Positions 1 through 10,475 are shown, numbered from the stretch's first letter. The stretch: 64,000 nt of DNA from Terriglobia bacterium (GCA_965198225.1 CBDAOY010000006.1:768001-832000); one strand, 5' to 3'. Made by a program: numbers and translations. The notes: generated by a model not told the origin, from the letters alone.

Positions 1-964
1 CAAGCATCTTGCGGAGTTCGTCCGCTCGTTTCTTGATGGCGTCGTGATCGGGCGCTTCGGGAAACGCTTCGACGTAGGCGTCCAACTGTTCGAGTGCTTT
101 CAAAGGTTGCCGACCTCGCATATAGACGTTGAAGAGTTGCAGGCGGGAAGTCCCGGCTTCCTTCGGCCAGAGCGCTACGGCGTGGACCAGGTTTGCTTCC
201 GCTTCCGACAGCAGGCCCATCTTGTAATAGGACGACCCGATGTGGAAGTAGTCGTCGGCCGCTGCCGCGCCCATGTCGAGTCGCCGCGTGAGCGTGTCGA
301 TGGCTTCCTGGAAACGCTCCGTCTCGAAATACAGGCGGCCGAGCCACGTGGTCGCTTCCGGAGAGGCGGGGTTCAACTCGTCGGCGATGGCGAGCGCCGC
401 GATCGCCTCTTCTCGTCTGCCCGCCCTCTGGTGCGCGAAGCCCAGTTGAAGGTGAGCCTCGAAAAACCTCGGGGCGATCTCGAGTGCTTCTTCGAGACGA
501 TCGATCCCTTTCTTCTCGTTGTCCTTCTGAAACTCCCCGATCGCGTCTTCCAGCTTGTCCAGCGCTTTGCGGGGGATGTCGCGCCGCAGCTCTTCGAGGC
601 TGACGACCGGTGTGCCGTCGGCAAGGACCCGCCTCGGGTAGAGCGACAGCTCGAGGTTGATCACGGCGAAGGTCAACACATCCACTGCCAGCGGGTGCTT
701 GACCCGTTGATAGCGTTCACTTTCGATCGCGATCCAGTACCGACCGACCTTGACGTCGTCGAAGTAGAACCCGCCGGCCGGGGTGGAAGTGGTCCTGTCC
801 AGGACGACCGCATCGCCATCGTCCCGAAGTTCGATCTCGACGATCGCCGCCTCAGCCCCGTCTTCGAAGTGCAGCTGTCCAATCAGCGGGAAACCGTCTT
901 TGATGCTCTGGAGCACGGTCGGGGATTGAAACAGAACAAAGGCGAGCAGAAAATGGGCCATCAT
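1..964 (-). CDS. Exported protein with N-terminal carboxypeptidase-regulatory-like (Ig) domain and TPR repeats; 3' end runs off the window
   Basis: Not in the ORF track. Manual minus-strand translation from ATG 964: MMAHFLLAFVLFQ...GGFYFDDVKVGRYWIAIESERYQ...IPRKALDKLEDA...EEALEIAPRFFEAHLQLGFAHQRAGRREEAIAAL...AIKKRADELRKML. The + strand ORF 44..988 is its antisense shadow. Confidence 0.8.
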   Translation of the reverse strand, partial: MMAHFLLAFVLFQSPTVLQSIKDGFPLIGQLHFEDGAEAAIVEIELRDDGDAVVLDRTTSTPAGGFYFDDVKVGRYWIAIESERYQRVKHPLAVDVLTFAVINLELSLYPRRVLADGTPVVSLEELRRDIPRKALDKLEDAIGEFQKDNEKKGIDRLEEALEIAPRFFEAHLQLGFAHQRAGRREEAIAALAIADELNPASPEATTWLGRLYFETERFQEAIDTLTRRLDMGAAAADDYFHIGSSYYKMGLLSEAEANLVHAVALWPKEAGTSRLQLFNVYMRGRQPLKALEQLDAYVEAFPEAPDHDAIKKRADELRKML

Positions 965-1074
965 TACTACTTAGGCCCATTCTCGTGATGGGTCAACCAA
1001 ATAAGGAATAGCGCCCTCGAGGAGAAGGCAGCTTCACCGACGTGGCGGGAAGCCGGGTACCGTTCGGGTGTGTG

Positions 1075-2457
1075 CTAGTCGGGCTCTACGAACGAAAGCA
1101 GCGGGCTGCCGTCAACTTCCGCGAACGTCAGGCCCAAAAGCGTCGCGATTGTTGGCGCGATGTCGACCTGAAGGGCGCTTGGCAGGACGATGCCGTCCCG
1201 AATGCCCGCACCCGCCATGATCAGGCCGGTGCGAATTCCGGCTTCAGTCGGCAGGAACCCGTGATCGCCTCGGCTGACGCTCGGAACGACGAAACTCCCG
1301 CCACCGAGCCCGCTCCGGACGCGATAGCCTGCCGCGGGTTCGATGAAGAACGCGGCATTCGGATAGGCACCCAGCTCCCGGATTTCGTCCTCCAGCACCA
1401 GCCGGAAGACTCCACGATAGGGGTCGGCAGCCAATTCCTCGAACAGCTTTCGAAGCTCGGCCGCCAGGATGGTGTCGGCAGGATTCTTCAGGATGATCGC
1501 GCCCTCGTGCGAGATGGCTTGCCATCCGAGTATCTGTCCATCCTGGCCCGTCTCAATCAGACCTGCCCGTTTCAGTACGACATCCGGTTGCAGGGTCGAG
1601 TGAACCTCGCGAAATCCGTGGTCGCCGGTCACGATGAACGTAGCCTGCTCGACTATTCCTGCCTGCTCGGTGGCCTCGATAATCCGGCCGATGTGGTCAT
1701 CCACGACTTCGAAGGCGCGACGCGCCTCAGCGGAGTGCTTGCCGTATTGGTGCTGAGCGGAGTCTGTCTGGAAGAGATGCACCAGGACAAGGTTCGGTCT
1801 GTGAGTCCTCAGAATGTGTGTCGCCGCCAGGGTAGAGAATCGGTCCACCAGTTCGGGGGTGATCGGGGTTTCTGGATCGAAATCATCGAGTGATTCGAAG
1901 ATCGTTCGCGCCAGGCCCGGGGTGGATGCGCGATCGAGCTGATCCGGCCACCAGACGCCGGGAGGTGGAGCGCCCGTTTCCGGCAGCAGATAGTCGATTC
2001 GTGCGTCGACGGTAACCGGCCATGTCACTGCCGCCGTCTTCAGTCCCGCATCTTTCGCGATCTCCCAGATTGTCCGGACCTGGAGATAGGAACTGGATCG
2101 ATACCAGTTCTGTGTCGTTCCATCTGGGTCCAGAATCCTGTTGGCAAAGATGCCGTGCCGCGCTGGGTTCACGCCGGTGACGATCGAGGCATGGGACGGG
2201 TAAGTGTTTGAAGGGTACTGGCCGACCACTCCCTCGGCCCAACTGCCCGCTTCCAGTAGTGAACGGATGTTGGGCAGGTCGAGTCCGAAGGCCTGTGGGC
2301 GCACGTAGTACTCGGGCAGCAAACCATCGATCGATATCACTACGACGTGGTCGGCTGGCCGAGTTTCCTGACCGAGTGCCGCTGTCGGGACAGTTCCCGC
2401 AACGATTAGCAGGGCGAGGTAGACGATCAGGGTCGCGTGCAAGATAGACCGATTCAT
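1075..2457 (-). CDS. Alkaline phosphatase superfamily ectonucleotide pyrophosphatase/phosphodiesterase
   Basis: Signal peptide; VVVISIDG, PSNTYPSHASIVTG (catalytic Thr), DSAQH, TGDHG and GDHG metal-ligand motifs. Confidence 0.9.
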   Translation of the reverse strand: MNRSILHATLIVYLALLIVAGTVPTAALGQETRPADHVVVISIDGLLPEYYVRPQAFGLDLPNIRSLLEAGSWAEGVVGQYPSNTYPSHASIVTGVNPARHGIFANRILDPDGTTQNWYRSSSYLQVRTIWEIAKDAGLKTAAVTWPVTVDARIDYLLPETGAPPPGVWWPDQLDRASTPGLARTIFESLDDFDPETPITPELVDRFSTLAATHILRTHRPNLVLVHLFQTDSAQHQYGKHSAEARRAFEVVDDHIGRIIEATEQAGIVEQATFIVTGDHGFREVHSTLQPDVVLKRAGLIETGQDGQILGWQAISHEGAIILKNPADTILAAELRKLFEELAADPYRGVFRLVLEDEIRELGAYPNAAFFIEPAAGYRVRSGLGGGSFVVPSVSRGDHGFLPTEAGIRTGLIMAGAGIRDGIVLPSALQVDIAPTIATLLGLTFAEVDGSPLLSFVEPD

Positions 2458-2665
2458 ACTGGCTCGGTCCCAGGATAACCGCGACCGGCTTCGGGGTCGA
2501 AAATGTTTCGAACAGTTTCCCTCCGGTTCACCTTCCCTTACGGTTTACTGAGCTATTCTGAGGGCACGATGAAAACACTGCTCAAGCAGGTTACACCTTG
2601 TCGGGGTGCGGCTGTATTTCAGATCGGTGTAAGATAAGCGGCACTCGAGCGAGGCGAGTTTACCG

Positions 2666-3913
2666 ATGCAGGACTTCATGAACCAGGTCAGCAACCTGTT
2701 GCAGCAATACCCGATAATGGCGACGGCAATCGGCGTGGTGGTCGTGCTGTTCGTGGCGTGGTTGGCCGACAAGATTTCCAAGAGAGTCCTCCTGAAATCG
2801 ATGAGCCGCCTGGCTCGGGAGACGACTTCCGAGTTTGACGATCTGCTGCTCGAGCACAACGTCTTCGGCAGGTTGGCCCACCTGGCACCGGCTATCGCGG
2901 TCTACTTCGGGATGCGCCTCGTCCCGGACATCCCCGAGGCCGTTGACGTCCTCATCGGACAATTGGCGGCGGCCGCGATGGTCCTGATTGGCGTGTCCGC
3001 CCTCGGCGCATTCCTTACCGTGGTCGGAAAGACCTATGCCACGAGCGAGATTGCCGAAGGCCGGCCCATCGAGGCGTATGTTCAGGTCGCGAAGATTGCT
3101 GTTTATGTCATCGGTGGGGTGATTTTTGTCGCCACGTTGACAGGCCGCTCTCCCCTGGTCCTGCTGAGCGGAATCGGCGCGCTCGCTGCTGTTCTGCTCC
3201 TGGTCTTTCGCGACACGATCCTCTCGTTCGTGGCCAGCCTTCAGATGGCCAGCTACGACATGGTCCGTATCGGCGACTGGATCGAAATGAAGCAGTACGG
3301 GGCGGACGGCGACGTGATGGAACTGACGCTGCACACGGTCAAGATTCAGAACTTCGACAAGACGATTACGACCATCCCGACCTCGAAGCTGACCGAACAA
3401 GCGTTCAAGAACTGGAGGGGCATGACCGAGTCGGGAGGCCGCAGGATCAAGCGGTCCTTCTACGTGGACATGAATTCGATCCGCTTCCTGGATGATGCCG
3501 ATCTCGATCGGCTGGGTCGATTCGCCATCTTGGAAGACTACGTCCGGGAGAAGCGTCGAGAGCTTGCAGAGTTCAACAAAGCCTACGAAGGAGACCCCGA
3601 TCTAGTGCTCAACGCCCGGCGCCTGACCAATGTCGGTACCCTTCGCGCCTACCTGGTGCGCTACCTGAAGCAACATTCCAAGATTCACGAAGGCATGACG
3701 TTGCTGGTCCGCCAGCTCGATCCAGGGCCGGAAGGTTTGCCGATCGAACTCTATGTCTTTACCAATGACACCGACTGGATCGCCTACGAGGACATCCAGT
3801 CCGACATCTTCGACCATATCTTCTCGATCATGCCCGATTTCGGCCTGCGTGTTTTTCAGGCGGCCTCCGGCTCTGATTTTTCGGGAGCACTTGGGTCCCG
3901 GCCGGGAGCCTGA
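2666..3913 (+). CDS. Mechanosensitive ion channel, MscS family (YbdG-like)
   Basis: Several TM helices, then VRIGDWIEM..GADGDV..LTLHTVKIQNFDKTITTIPT, FKNWRGMTESGGRRIKRS, YEDIQSDIFDH. Confidence 0.92.
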   Translation: MQDFMNQVSNLLQQYPIMATAIGVVVVLFVAWLADKISKRVLLKSMSRLARETTSEFDDLLLEHNVFGRLAHLAPAIAVYFGMRLVPDIPEAVDVLIGQLAAAAMVLIGVSALGAFLTVVGKTYATSEIAEGRPIEAYVQVAKIAVYVIGGVIFVATLTGRSPLVLLSGIGALAAVLLLVFRDTILSFVASLQMASYDMVRIGDWIEMKQYGADGDVMELTLHTVKIQNFDKTITTIPTSKLTEQAFKNWRGMTESGGRRIKRSFYVDMNSIRFLDDADLDRLGRFAILEDYVREKRRELAEFNKAYEGDPDLVLNARRLTNVGTLRAYLVRYLKQHSKIHEGMTLLVRQLDPGPEGLPIELYVFTNDTDWIAYEDIQSDIFDHIFSIMPDFGLRVFQAASGSDFSGALGSRPGA

Positions 3914-3936
3914 TTACTTCTGCAGGAACCCGCGAA

Positions 3937-4785
3937 ATGCCCGATATCCCCGATCCTATATTCATCAACGAATACACGGCCCTGAAGGAATGCCGGCATG
4001 GCTTCTTCCTCTACAACCGGAACGACACGTTTATCGGGCGCTCGCTCGACCTCTACGGGGAGTGGTGTGAGGGCGAACTCGTTGCCCTGTTCCAGATTGT
4101 TCAACCCGGCCAGGTCGTCATCGACGTTGGCGCGAACATCGGCACTCACACGGTTCCCCTGGCGAAGAAAGTGACGCAGTCGGGCCCGGCCCTGGCTTTC
4201 GAACCCCAGCGCCAGGCCTTCAACTACCTGACCGCGAACCTCGTCGTGAACAACCTGCTCCACGTTGCGGCCTACCAGAAAGCGGTGGGAGATACCGAGG
4301 GCGTGCTTCACGTACCATTGCGGGATCCCAACCTGGCGTTCAATTTCGGAGCTGTCAACCTGGAGGAAGAGACCGATGGAGAGCCGGTCGATGTGTTGAC
4401 CCTGGACCATTTCGGCCTGGAACGAGTGAATCTCATCAAGGTCGACGTCGAAGGTATGGAGCGCAAGGTTCTGGAGGGCGCGGCGGCGACCATCAAGCGT
4501 GCGCGTCCGGTTCTGTTCGTAGAGACGACGACCGTGAACCACCGGGAGGTGATCGAGATCCTGCGCGACTACCGGTACGATTCCTGGTGGCACATCGCGA
4601 CCTACTACAGCGGCGATAATTTCTTCCAGAACCCCGAGGACGTCTTCGCCGACATCCATCCCGAGAGCAACCTGTTGTGCTTTCCCCGTGAAGAGTCCGC
4701 CCGGATCGATGGCATGGAGAAGGTGGCCGGCGCTGACGACACCTGGATGAAAGCAACCGAGCGGATCCGGGCTCGCCGGACCTGA
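3937..4785 (+). CDS. FkbM family SAM-dependent methyltransferase
   Basis: VIDVGANIGTH, AFEPQ, LIKVDVEGME.VLEGA motifs. Confidence 0.9.
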   Translation: MPDIPDPIFINEYTALKECRHGFFLYNRNDTFIGRSLDLYGEWCEGELVALFQIVQPGQVVIDVGANIGTHTVPLAKKVTQSGPALAFEPQRQAFNYLTANLVVNNLLHVAAYQKAVGDTEGVLHVPLRDPNLAFNFGAVNLEEETDGEPVDVLTLDHFGLERVNLIKVDVEGMERKVLEGAAATIKRARPVLFVETTTVNHREVIEILRDYRYDSWWHIATYYSGDNFFQNPEDVFADIHPESNLLCFPREESARIDGMEKVAGADDTWMKATERIRARRT

Positions 4786-4800
4786 CGTATCATGGATAAG

Positions 4801-5085
4801 GTGTAGGTGCGCTCTATGAGCGCACGTTGTTTCGGTTCGAAGAATGTGCGGTCATAGACCGCACCCACACGAACGCATGTTGTTTCGGGTTCGAAGGATG
4901 TGCGGTCATAGACCGCACCTACACGAGCGCATGTTGTTTTCGGGTTCGAAGGATGTGCGGTCATAGACCGCACCTACACGAGCGCACGTTGTTTCGGTTC
5001 GAAGGATGTGCGGTCATAGACCGCACCTACACGAGCGCACGTTGTTTCGGTTCGAAGGATGCGCGGTCATAGACCGCACCTACAC
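4801..5085. repeat. REP (GTAG-type palindrome) cluster expanded into a 53-55-bp tandem array
   Basis: One forward GTGTAGGTGCGCTCTATGAGCGCAC (4801-4825), then five reverse copies of GTGCGGTCATAGACCGCACCTACAC starting at 4846, 4900, 4955, 5008 and 5061, separated by near-identical linkers. Confidence 0.9.
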
Positions 5086-5115
5086 CTCGTTACACAACTA
5101 GAGGAGACCATTCCG

Positions 5116-5514
5116 ATGGCGACCATTCCTGAAGATTTCAATGACATCATGAACAGTAAGGCCCTGGCCAGCCTTGCGACCACCATGGCCGACGGCAGCC
5201 CGCAGGTAAGCCCCGTGTGGTTCAGCTTCGACGGGTCGCTCATCTGGGTGAACAGCGCCGAAGGCCGGGTGAAGGACAAGAACGTCCGGCGGACTCGCAA
5301 AGTTGCGCTGGCGATCGTTGACGTCAACAACCCCTATCGGCACATCGCGATCCGGGGCGACGTCGTCGACGTCACGAACGACGGCGCGGATGACCATATC
5401 GACTCGCTGGCCAAGAAGTACCTGGACGAGGACAAGTATCCGTTCCGGCAGGACGGAGAAGTCCGCGTTATCTACAAGATCCGGCCCGAGCGGGTGGCAA
5501 CGATGGGTGCGTGA
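5116..5514 (+). CDS. PPOX-class (pyridoxamine 5'-phosphate oxidase-like) putative F420-dependent oxidoreductase
   Basis: LATTMADGSPQVSPVW, GRVKDKNVRR..KVAL, IDSLAKKYL; GAGGAG ribosome-binding site at 5101-5106 before ATG 5116. Confidence 0.85.
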   Translation: MATIPEDFNDIMNSKALASLATTMADGSPQVSPVWFSFDGSLIWVNSAEGRVKDKNVRRTRKVALAIVDVNNPYRHIAIRGDVVDVTNDGADDHIDSLAKKYLDEDKYPFRQDGEVRVIYKIRPERVATMGA

Positions 5515-5592
5515 CTTGCAATTCCGCCGCCGAGACATATAGACCTTCCTTGTAATCGCTCCAACACACGCAGCGAGAGAGGAGAGGGAGGA

Positions 5593-6639
5593 GTGGGCTC
5601 GTCCATCCACGCGGTCTCCAATCAGAGGAAAGGCACGATCCCGTCCACCGTGGTCCCGATGCCACCGGACGGAGAGTTGCTCGACGCTTACTCCCGAGCG
5701 GTCGTCACCGCAACCGAGTCGGTCAGCCCGTCCGTCGTCAACATCGAGGTCCGGACGCGCTCCTCCCGCACTTCCGGCGCCGGTCGGAACGGTCGCGAAG
5801 GGGCGGCGGGCAGCGGTTCGGGGTTCGTGTTTACCCCTGACGGATTCGTCCTGACGAACAGCCACGTCGTCCACGGCGCCGCCCACATCGACGTCGTGCT
5901 TTCCGATGGGCGCCGCGTCGCCGCCACACCGGTTGGCGACGACCCCAACAGCGATCTCGCCGTGATCCGCGTCAACCAGCCGGACCTGACCCCCGCCACG
6001 ATGGGCGATTCGCAATCCATCCGTGTCGGCCAACTCGCGATTGCGATCGGCAATCCCTACGGGTTTCAATACTCCGTCACTGCCGGTGTCGTCAGCGCGC
6101 TGGGGCGCAGCCTTCGGTCGCGGTCCGGACGCCTGATCGACAACGTCATCCAGACTGACGCCAGCCTCAACCCGGGAAACTCCGGGGGCCCGCTCGTGGA
6201 TTCCAGAGGACTGGTGATCGGAGTCAACACGGCCGTCATCCTGCCGGCCCAGGGCCTCTGCTTCGCGATCGGGATCAATACGGCAAAGTTCGTTGCGGGG
6301 CAGTTGATCAAGGACGGCCGGGTTCGCAGGAGCTACATCGGAGTCGGCGGTCAGGTCACGCCGATACACCGCAGAGTCGTCCGCTTCCACCGGCTTCCCC
6401 TCGAAACGGGTATTCTGGTTGTTTCCGTCGAGCCGGGCAGTCCGGCCTCAGCGGCCGGCCTCCGCGAAGGAGATATCATCGTCGCCTGCGGCGAAACTCC
6501 CGTGAGCGGCGTCGACGACCTTCATCGCTTGTTGACGGCCGATGCAGTCGGCGTGGCGGCCCAGCTGATGCTGCTCCGAAACTCTAAGAAAATCTTCCTC
6601 GACGTGATTCCCGTGGAACACCATGCGGACCCTCGTTGA
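5593..6639 (+). CDS. HtrA/DegP-family trypsin-like serine protease with PDZ domain (S1C)
   Basis: GSGF, LTNSHVV (His), DLAV (Asp), NPGNSGGPL (Ser), C-terminal PDZ (GSPASAAGLREGDII). Confidence 0.92.
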   Translation: MGSSIHAVSNQRKGTIPSTVVPMPPDGELLDAYSRAVVTATESVSPSVVNIEVRTRSSRTSGAGRNGREGAAGSGSGFVFTPDGFVLTNSHVVHGAAHIDVVLSDGRRVAATPVGDDPNSDLAVIRVNQPDLTPATMGDSQSIRVGQLAIAIGNPYGFQYSVTAGVVSALGRSLRSRSGRLIDNVIQTDASLNPGNSGGPLVDSRGLVIGVNTAVILPAQGLCFAIGINTAKFVAGQLIKDGRVRRSYIGVGGQVTPIHRRVVRFHRLPLETGILVVSVEPGSPASAAGLREGDIIVACGETPVSGVDDLHRLLTADAVGVAAQLMLLRNSKKIFLDVIPVEHHADPR

Positions 6640-6650
6640 TCGGTTGAACT

Positions 6651-7514
6651 ATGGCGGATCCGAACGCGATTCTCACCGGCAACGTCGCCGGTGACTTCTT
6701 CGTCGACGACACCTGCATCGATTGCGACCTTTGCCGGCAGATCGCCCCGGAGTCTTTTGCAGCCGATAACGGATACTCCGTCGTGTCTCTCCAGCCCGAT
6801 ACTCCCGAACAGATCCTCGACGCGCGCAAGGCCCTGGTGACCTGCCCAACGGGGTCGATCGGAACCCGGCAGAAACCGGACCTGGAAGAGGCACTTCGCG
6901 CCTACCCCGATCCGATCGACGAGAGCGTCTACTTCTGTGGATACTCCTCGCGGGACTCGTTCGGGGGGTCCAGTTATCTTGTCGTCCGGCCCGAAGGAAA
7001 CGTCCTGGTCGATTCCCCCCGTTTCGCCCGTCGACTGGTCCGGCGGTTGGAAGACATGGGCGGGATCTCGATGATGTTCCTCAGCCATCGAGACGATGTG
7101 GCCGACCACGAGAAATTTCGCGCGCACTTCGGTTGCGACCGCGTCATTCATAAACACGAAGCCCGGGGAATCACTGCCGAGCGCCTGCTCGAGGGAGTCG
7201 ACCCCGTTGAACTGGCCGCCGACCTGACCGCCATCCCGACGCCGGGCCACACCAGGGGACACGTCGTGCTGCTCTACAGACAGTTCCTTTTCACCGGCGA
7301 CCACCTTGCCTGGTCCCCCAACTACAAGCACCTGATCGCCTTCCGCAGACACAACTGGTATTCCTGGCCGGCGACGATTCGTTCGATGTCGCGTCTGCTC
7401 GATTGCCGCTTCGAATGGATCCTGCCGGGTCACGGCCGTCGGGCCCATTACCCGGCCGATATCATGCGAGCGAAGGTCGCGGAATGTCTGGAATGGATGA
7501 AGCGGGTCGCATAA
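6651..7514 (+). CDS. MBL-fold metallo-hydrolase with N-terminal ferredoxin domain
   Basis: CIDCDLC...CPTGSI Fe-S motif; SHRDDVADH, TPGHTRGH, FTGDH, LPGHG. Confidence 0.88.
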   Translation: MADPNAILTGNVAGDFFVDDTCIDCDLCRQIAPESFAADNGYSVVSLQPDTPEQILDARKALVTCPTGSIGTRQKPDLEEALRAYPDPIDESVYFCGYSSRDSFGGSSYLVVRPEGNVLVDSPRFARRLVRRLEDMGGISMMFLSHRDDVADHEKFRAHFGCDRVIHKHEARGITAERLLEGVDPVELAADLTAIPTPGHTRGHVVLLYRQFLFTGDHLAWSPNYKHLIAFRRHNWYSWPATIRSMSRLLDCRFEWILPGHGRRAHYPADIMRAKVAECLEWMKRVA

Positions 7515-7567
7515 AATAATTCATCCGAAAATAATCGAGTCTTTTCTGTGACTTCCGAGGTGAAACC

Positions 7568-8941
7568 ATGCTGAGACCGAAGTTTCTCCTGGTGCCTGTG
7601 CTGTCGGCGGCTCTGCTCGTCCCGCAGGCATGGGCCGCACAGAGGGGGGCCTCCGACATACCGATCGAGTCGTTCCGGCTCGAGAACGGACTAAGAGTGG
7701 TTCTTTCCGAAGACCACTCGGCGCCAACCTACTCGATTTGCGTGGTCTATAACGTCGGTTCCCGGGATGAACGGCCGGGCAAGACCGGGTTTGCCCACCT
7801 GTTCGAACACATGATGTTCCAGGGGTCCGAGAACGTCGGTAAGGGCGAGCACTTCATCCTGATTCAGAACAACGGCGGTGGAATGAACGGGACGACCAGC
7901 CCGGACCGGACGAGCTATTTTCAGACACTCCCGGCGAATCAGCTCGACCTGGGGCTGTTCCTGGAAGCAGATCGAATGCGGTCGCTCGACATTTCCGAAC
8001 TGAACCTCGAGAACCAACGCCAGGCGGTAAAGGAGGAACGGCGACTGCGGGTCGACAACGCCCCCTACGGTCGTACTTTCGAGATCGTCTCCGAAACGGC
8101 GTACGAGAACTTCGGGTACCAGCACTCGACGATTGGCTCGATGGAAGACCTGAACGCCGCGACCCTGGACGACGTACGAGACTTCTTCGAGCGTTTCTAC
8201 GCCCCGAACAACGCGGTGGTCGCGCTCGTCGGAGACTTCGATACCACCGAAGCGCTGGAGAAAGTGAAGCAGTACTTCGGCGACATCCCCTCTCAGCTCG
8301 AGAATCCCGAAATCCTGACGACCGAACCCCAGCAGCGGGCCGAGAAGCGGGCGATGGTCCGCGACCGCTTCGCCCGTGTGCCTCGACTCGACATCGCTTA
8401 CAAGGCGCCTGTGGGCAACTCGAGCGACTGGTACATCGCTGCGGTGATGATGGAAGTCCTCGGCGGAGGCCGCTCGTCACGCCTCTACCAGCGACTGGTC
8501 GAAGAGGAGCAGGCCGCCCTCAACGTCGGTGGTTTCCTCACCGAGCGGCGCGGCCCTTCACTCATTCAGATAGTCGCTACGCCGCGGCCCGGAACCGAGC
8601 TCGCCGATCTGGAGCGCATCATCTACGAGGAGATCGACAAGATGAAGGAGGAGGGCGTCGAGGACCGGGAGATGGAAAAGATCCAGATGCAGATGGAGCG
8701 CCGGCAGGCTCAAGGGATGCAAAGCACGCTCGGCCGCGCCGTCAGCATCGCGGAGAACACGCTCTTCTACAACGATCCGAACCTCATCAACACGGTGTCC
8801 GAGAAATTCAGCCGGGTGACCAAGGGTCTGGTCCAGAGTGCGGCTCAGGTCTTCCTGACAGAGAACAACCGAACCGTCGTCACGACCCTGCCGCAGGGCG
8901 GTGGTCGTGGAAGGGGCCGCAGGGGGCCAGGAGGTCAATGA
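7568..8941 (+). CDS. M16 (pitrilysin) family zinc peptidase, catalytic subunit
   Basis: Signal peptide; GFAHLFEHMMF (HxxEH), NGTTSPDRTSY, VKEERR. Confidence 0.92.
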   Translation: MLRPKFLLVPVLSAALLVPQAWAAQRGASDIPIESFRLENGLRVVLSEDHSAPTYSICVVYNVGSRDERPGKTGFAHLFEHMMFQGSENVGKGEHFILIQNNGGGMNGTTSPDRTSYFQTLPANQLDLGLFLEADRMRSLDISELNLENQRQAVKEERRLRVDNAPYGRTFEIVSETAYENFGYQHSTIGSMEDLNAATLDDVRDFFERFYAPNNAVVALVGDFDTTEALEKVKQYFGDIPSQLENPEILTTEPQQRAEKRAMVRDRFARVPRLDIAYKAPVGNSSDWYIAAVMMEVLGGGRSSRLYQRLVEEEQAALNVGGFLTERRGPSLIQIVATPRPGTELADLERIIYEEIDKMKEEGVEDREMEKIQMQMERRQAQGMQSTLGRAVSIAENTLFYNDPNLINTVSEKFSRVTKGLVQSAAQVFLTENNRTVVTTLPQGGGRGRGRRGPGGQ

Positions 8942-10422
8942 TGATCCGGTCGAATGCCAAATGGAACTGGGCCCTTCTATGCGCCTTGACCCTTTCTGTC
9001 CCGCCGGTCTCGGCACAGGAAGGCAGCCCCACCCCCGAACGGTCGGAAGTTGTTCGTAAGAACCGGGCGCCGGTGTCGGACGAAGTCCTGCGGGTTCGAT
9101 TGCCCAGCGCCGTGGAAGCGGTCCTGGACAACGGACTGACGGTTTTGATCCTGGAAGACCACCGGCAGCCCATCGTGTCGATGCAGCTCACCCTCAGCGG
9201 TGCCGGACCGCTCTATGAGCCTCCCGAGCTTGTCGGACTGGCCGGGGTCACGGCGACGATGCTTCGCGACGGGACGACGACGCGGAGCAAGCGGGAGATT
9301 CTCGATGAGGTCGCCGGTCTGGGAGCGACGCTGTCGAGCCGATCGGGTTTCGGCTCTGCCGCCGCCTCGATCACCGCGTCCGGGTTGAGCCGCAACCTGG
9401 ACGATTGGTTCGAGGTGATGCGCGACCTTCTGCTTCATCCGAGCTTCCCCGAGGAGGAATTGGAACAGCTCCGGCGGCGCTCGAAGGTGCGTCTGCAGCA
9501 ACAGCGCACGTCCGCCGGTTTTCTGGCGCGTGAGCGCTTCAACAAGGCTGTTTTCGGAGACCACCCGGCATCTGCCGTGGCGCAGACCGAGGAATCGCTC
9601 GACCGCTTGACGACGGAGGTCATCGTCAAATGGCATCGCGACCGATACGCCCCGCAGAACGCGATACTCGGCATTGCCGGAGACGTGAAGGCCGAAGAGA
9701 TTGTGCCGAAGCTGAATGAGCTGCTCCTAGAGTGGGAACGGACCGACCTGGTCGAAGAGTTGCCGCCCGACCCGGAACCGATGGAAACGAAAAAGATTCT
9801 CCTGGTCGACCGGCCGAACTCCGCCCAGACGACCATCTTCATGGGTAACGTCGTCCTTGAACGGAAACACCCCGACTACATCCCGTTGACGGTCCTGAAC
9901 GATGTTCTCGGCGGCAGTGCGGCGGCGCGCCTCTTCATTAATCTCCGCGAGGAGAAGGGTTACACCTACGGAGCCTACAGTTCTTTCTCGGCGCTGAAGT
10001 ATCCCGGGGCCTGGAACGCCTACGCCGACGTTCGGACCGAAGTCACCGATGGCGCGATGACCGAATTCCTCAAAGAGATCCGGAGGATTCGGGAAGAAAG
10101 GGTGCCCGAAGCGGAACTGGAAGAGGTGAAGCGATCGATCGTTTCAGGATTTGCGCTGTCCCTGGAGCGACCGACCGAGCTGCTGCGCTATTCGACGATT
10201 CGCGAGATCTACGAGTTTGCGGACGACTACTGGGACCGGTATCCGGCCCAGATCATGGCTGTCACGCCCGATGATGTAGTGAGAATGGCCGAGAAGTACC
10301 TGAACCCGGACGCGCTCCAGATCATTGCCGTCGGAGACGCCAGTCGTATCAGAGAAGTGATGGAAAAGTACGGGCCGGTGGAGATGTACGATATGGAAGG
10401 AAACGTCGTGCCCAATCCATAG
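8938..10422 (+). CDS. M16 family peptidase, non-catalytic partner subunit
   Basis: ATGA overlap with the upstream gene; lacks HxxEH; RLFINLREEKGYTYGAYS motif. Confidence 0.9.
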   Translation: MMIRSNAKWNWALLCALTLSVPPVSAQEGSPTPERSEVVRKNRAPVSDEVLRVRLPSAVEAVLDNGLTVLILEDHRQPIVSMQLTLSGAGPLYEPPELVGLAGVTATMLRDGTTTRSKREILDEVAGLGATLSSRSGFGSAAASITASGLSRNLDDWFEVMRDLLLHPSFPEEELEQLRRRSKVRLQQQRTSAGFLARERFNKAVFGDHPASAVAQTEESLDRLTTEVIVKWHRDRYAPQNAILGIAGDVKAEEIVPKLNELLLEWERTDLVEELPPDPEPMETKKILLVDRPNSAQTTIFMGNVVLERKHPDYIPLTVLNDVLGGSAAARLFINLREEKGYTYGAYSSFSALKYPGAWNAYADVRTEVTDGAMTEFLKEIRRIREERVPEAELEEVKRSIVSGFALSLERPTELLRYSTIREIYEFADDYWDRYPAQIMAVTPDDVVRMAEKYLNPDALQIIAVGDASRIREVMEKYGPVEMYDMEGNVVPNP

Positions 10423-10434
10423 CCCACAGAAACC

Positions 10435-10460
10435 GGGCACAGCGGTGAACCGCTGTGCCC
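10435..10460. terminator. Hairpin between convergent genes, probable terminator
   Basis: GGGCACAGCGG-TGAA-CCGCTGTGCCC, a perfect 11-bp stem between the stops at 10422 (+) and 10476 (-); the U-tract is weak. Confidence 0.65.
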
Positions 10461-10475
10461 AACAGCGCTAGCCTG

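Noticed and set aside
44-988. 314-aa plus-strand ORF
   Set aside because: Antisense shadow of the minus-strand TPR gene, which has a signal peptide and recognisable motifs.
4801-5085. CRISPR array
   Set aside because: The spacers are near-identical, the repeat recurs as dispersed inverted doublets elsewhere, and no cas genes are present; it is a REP tandem.
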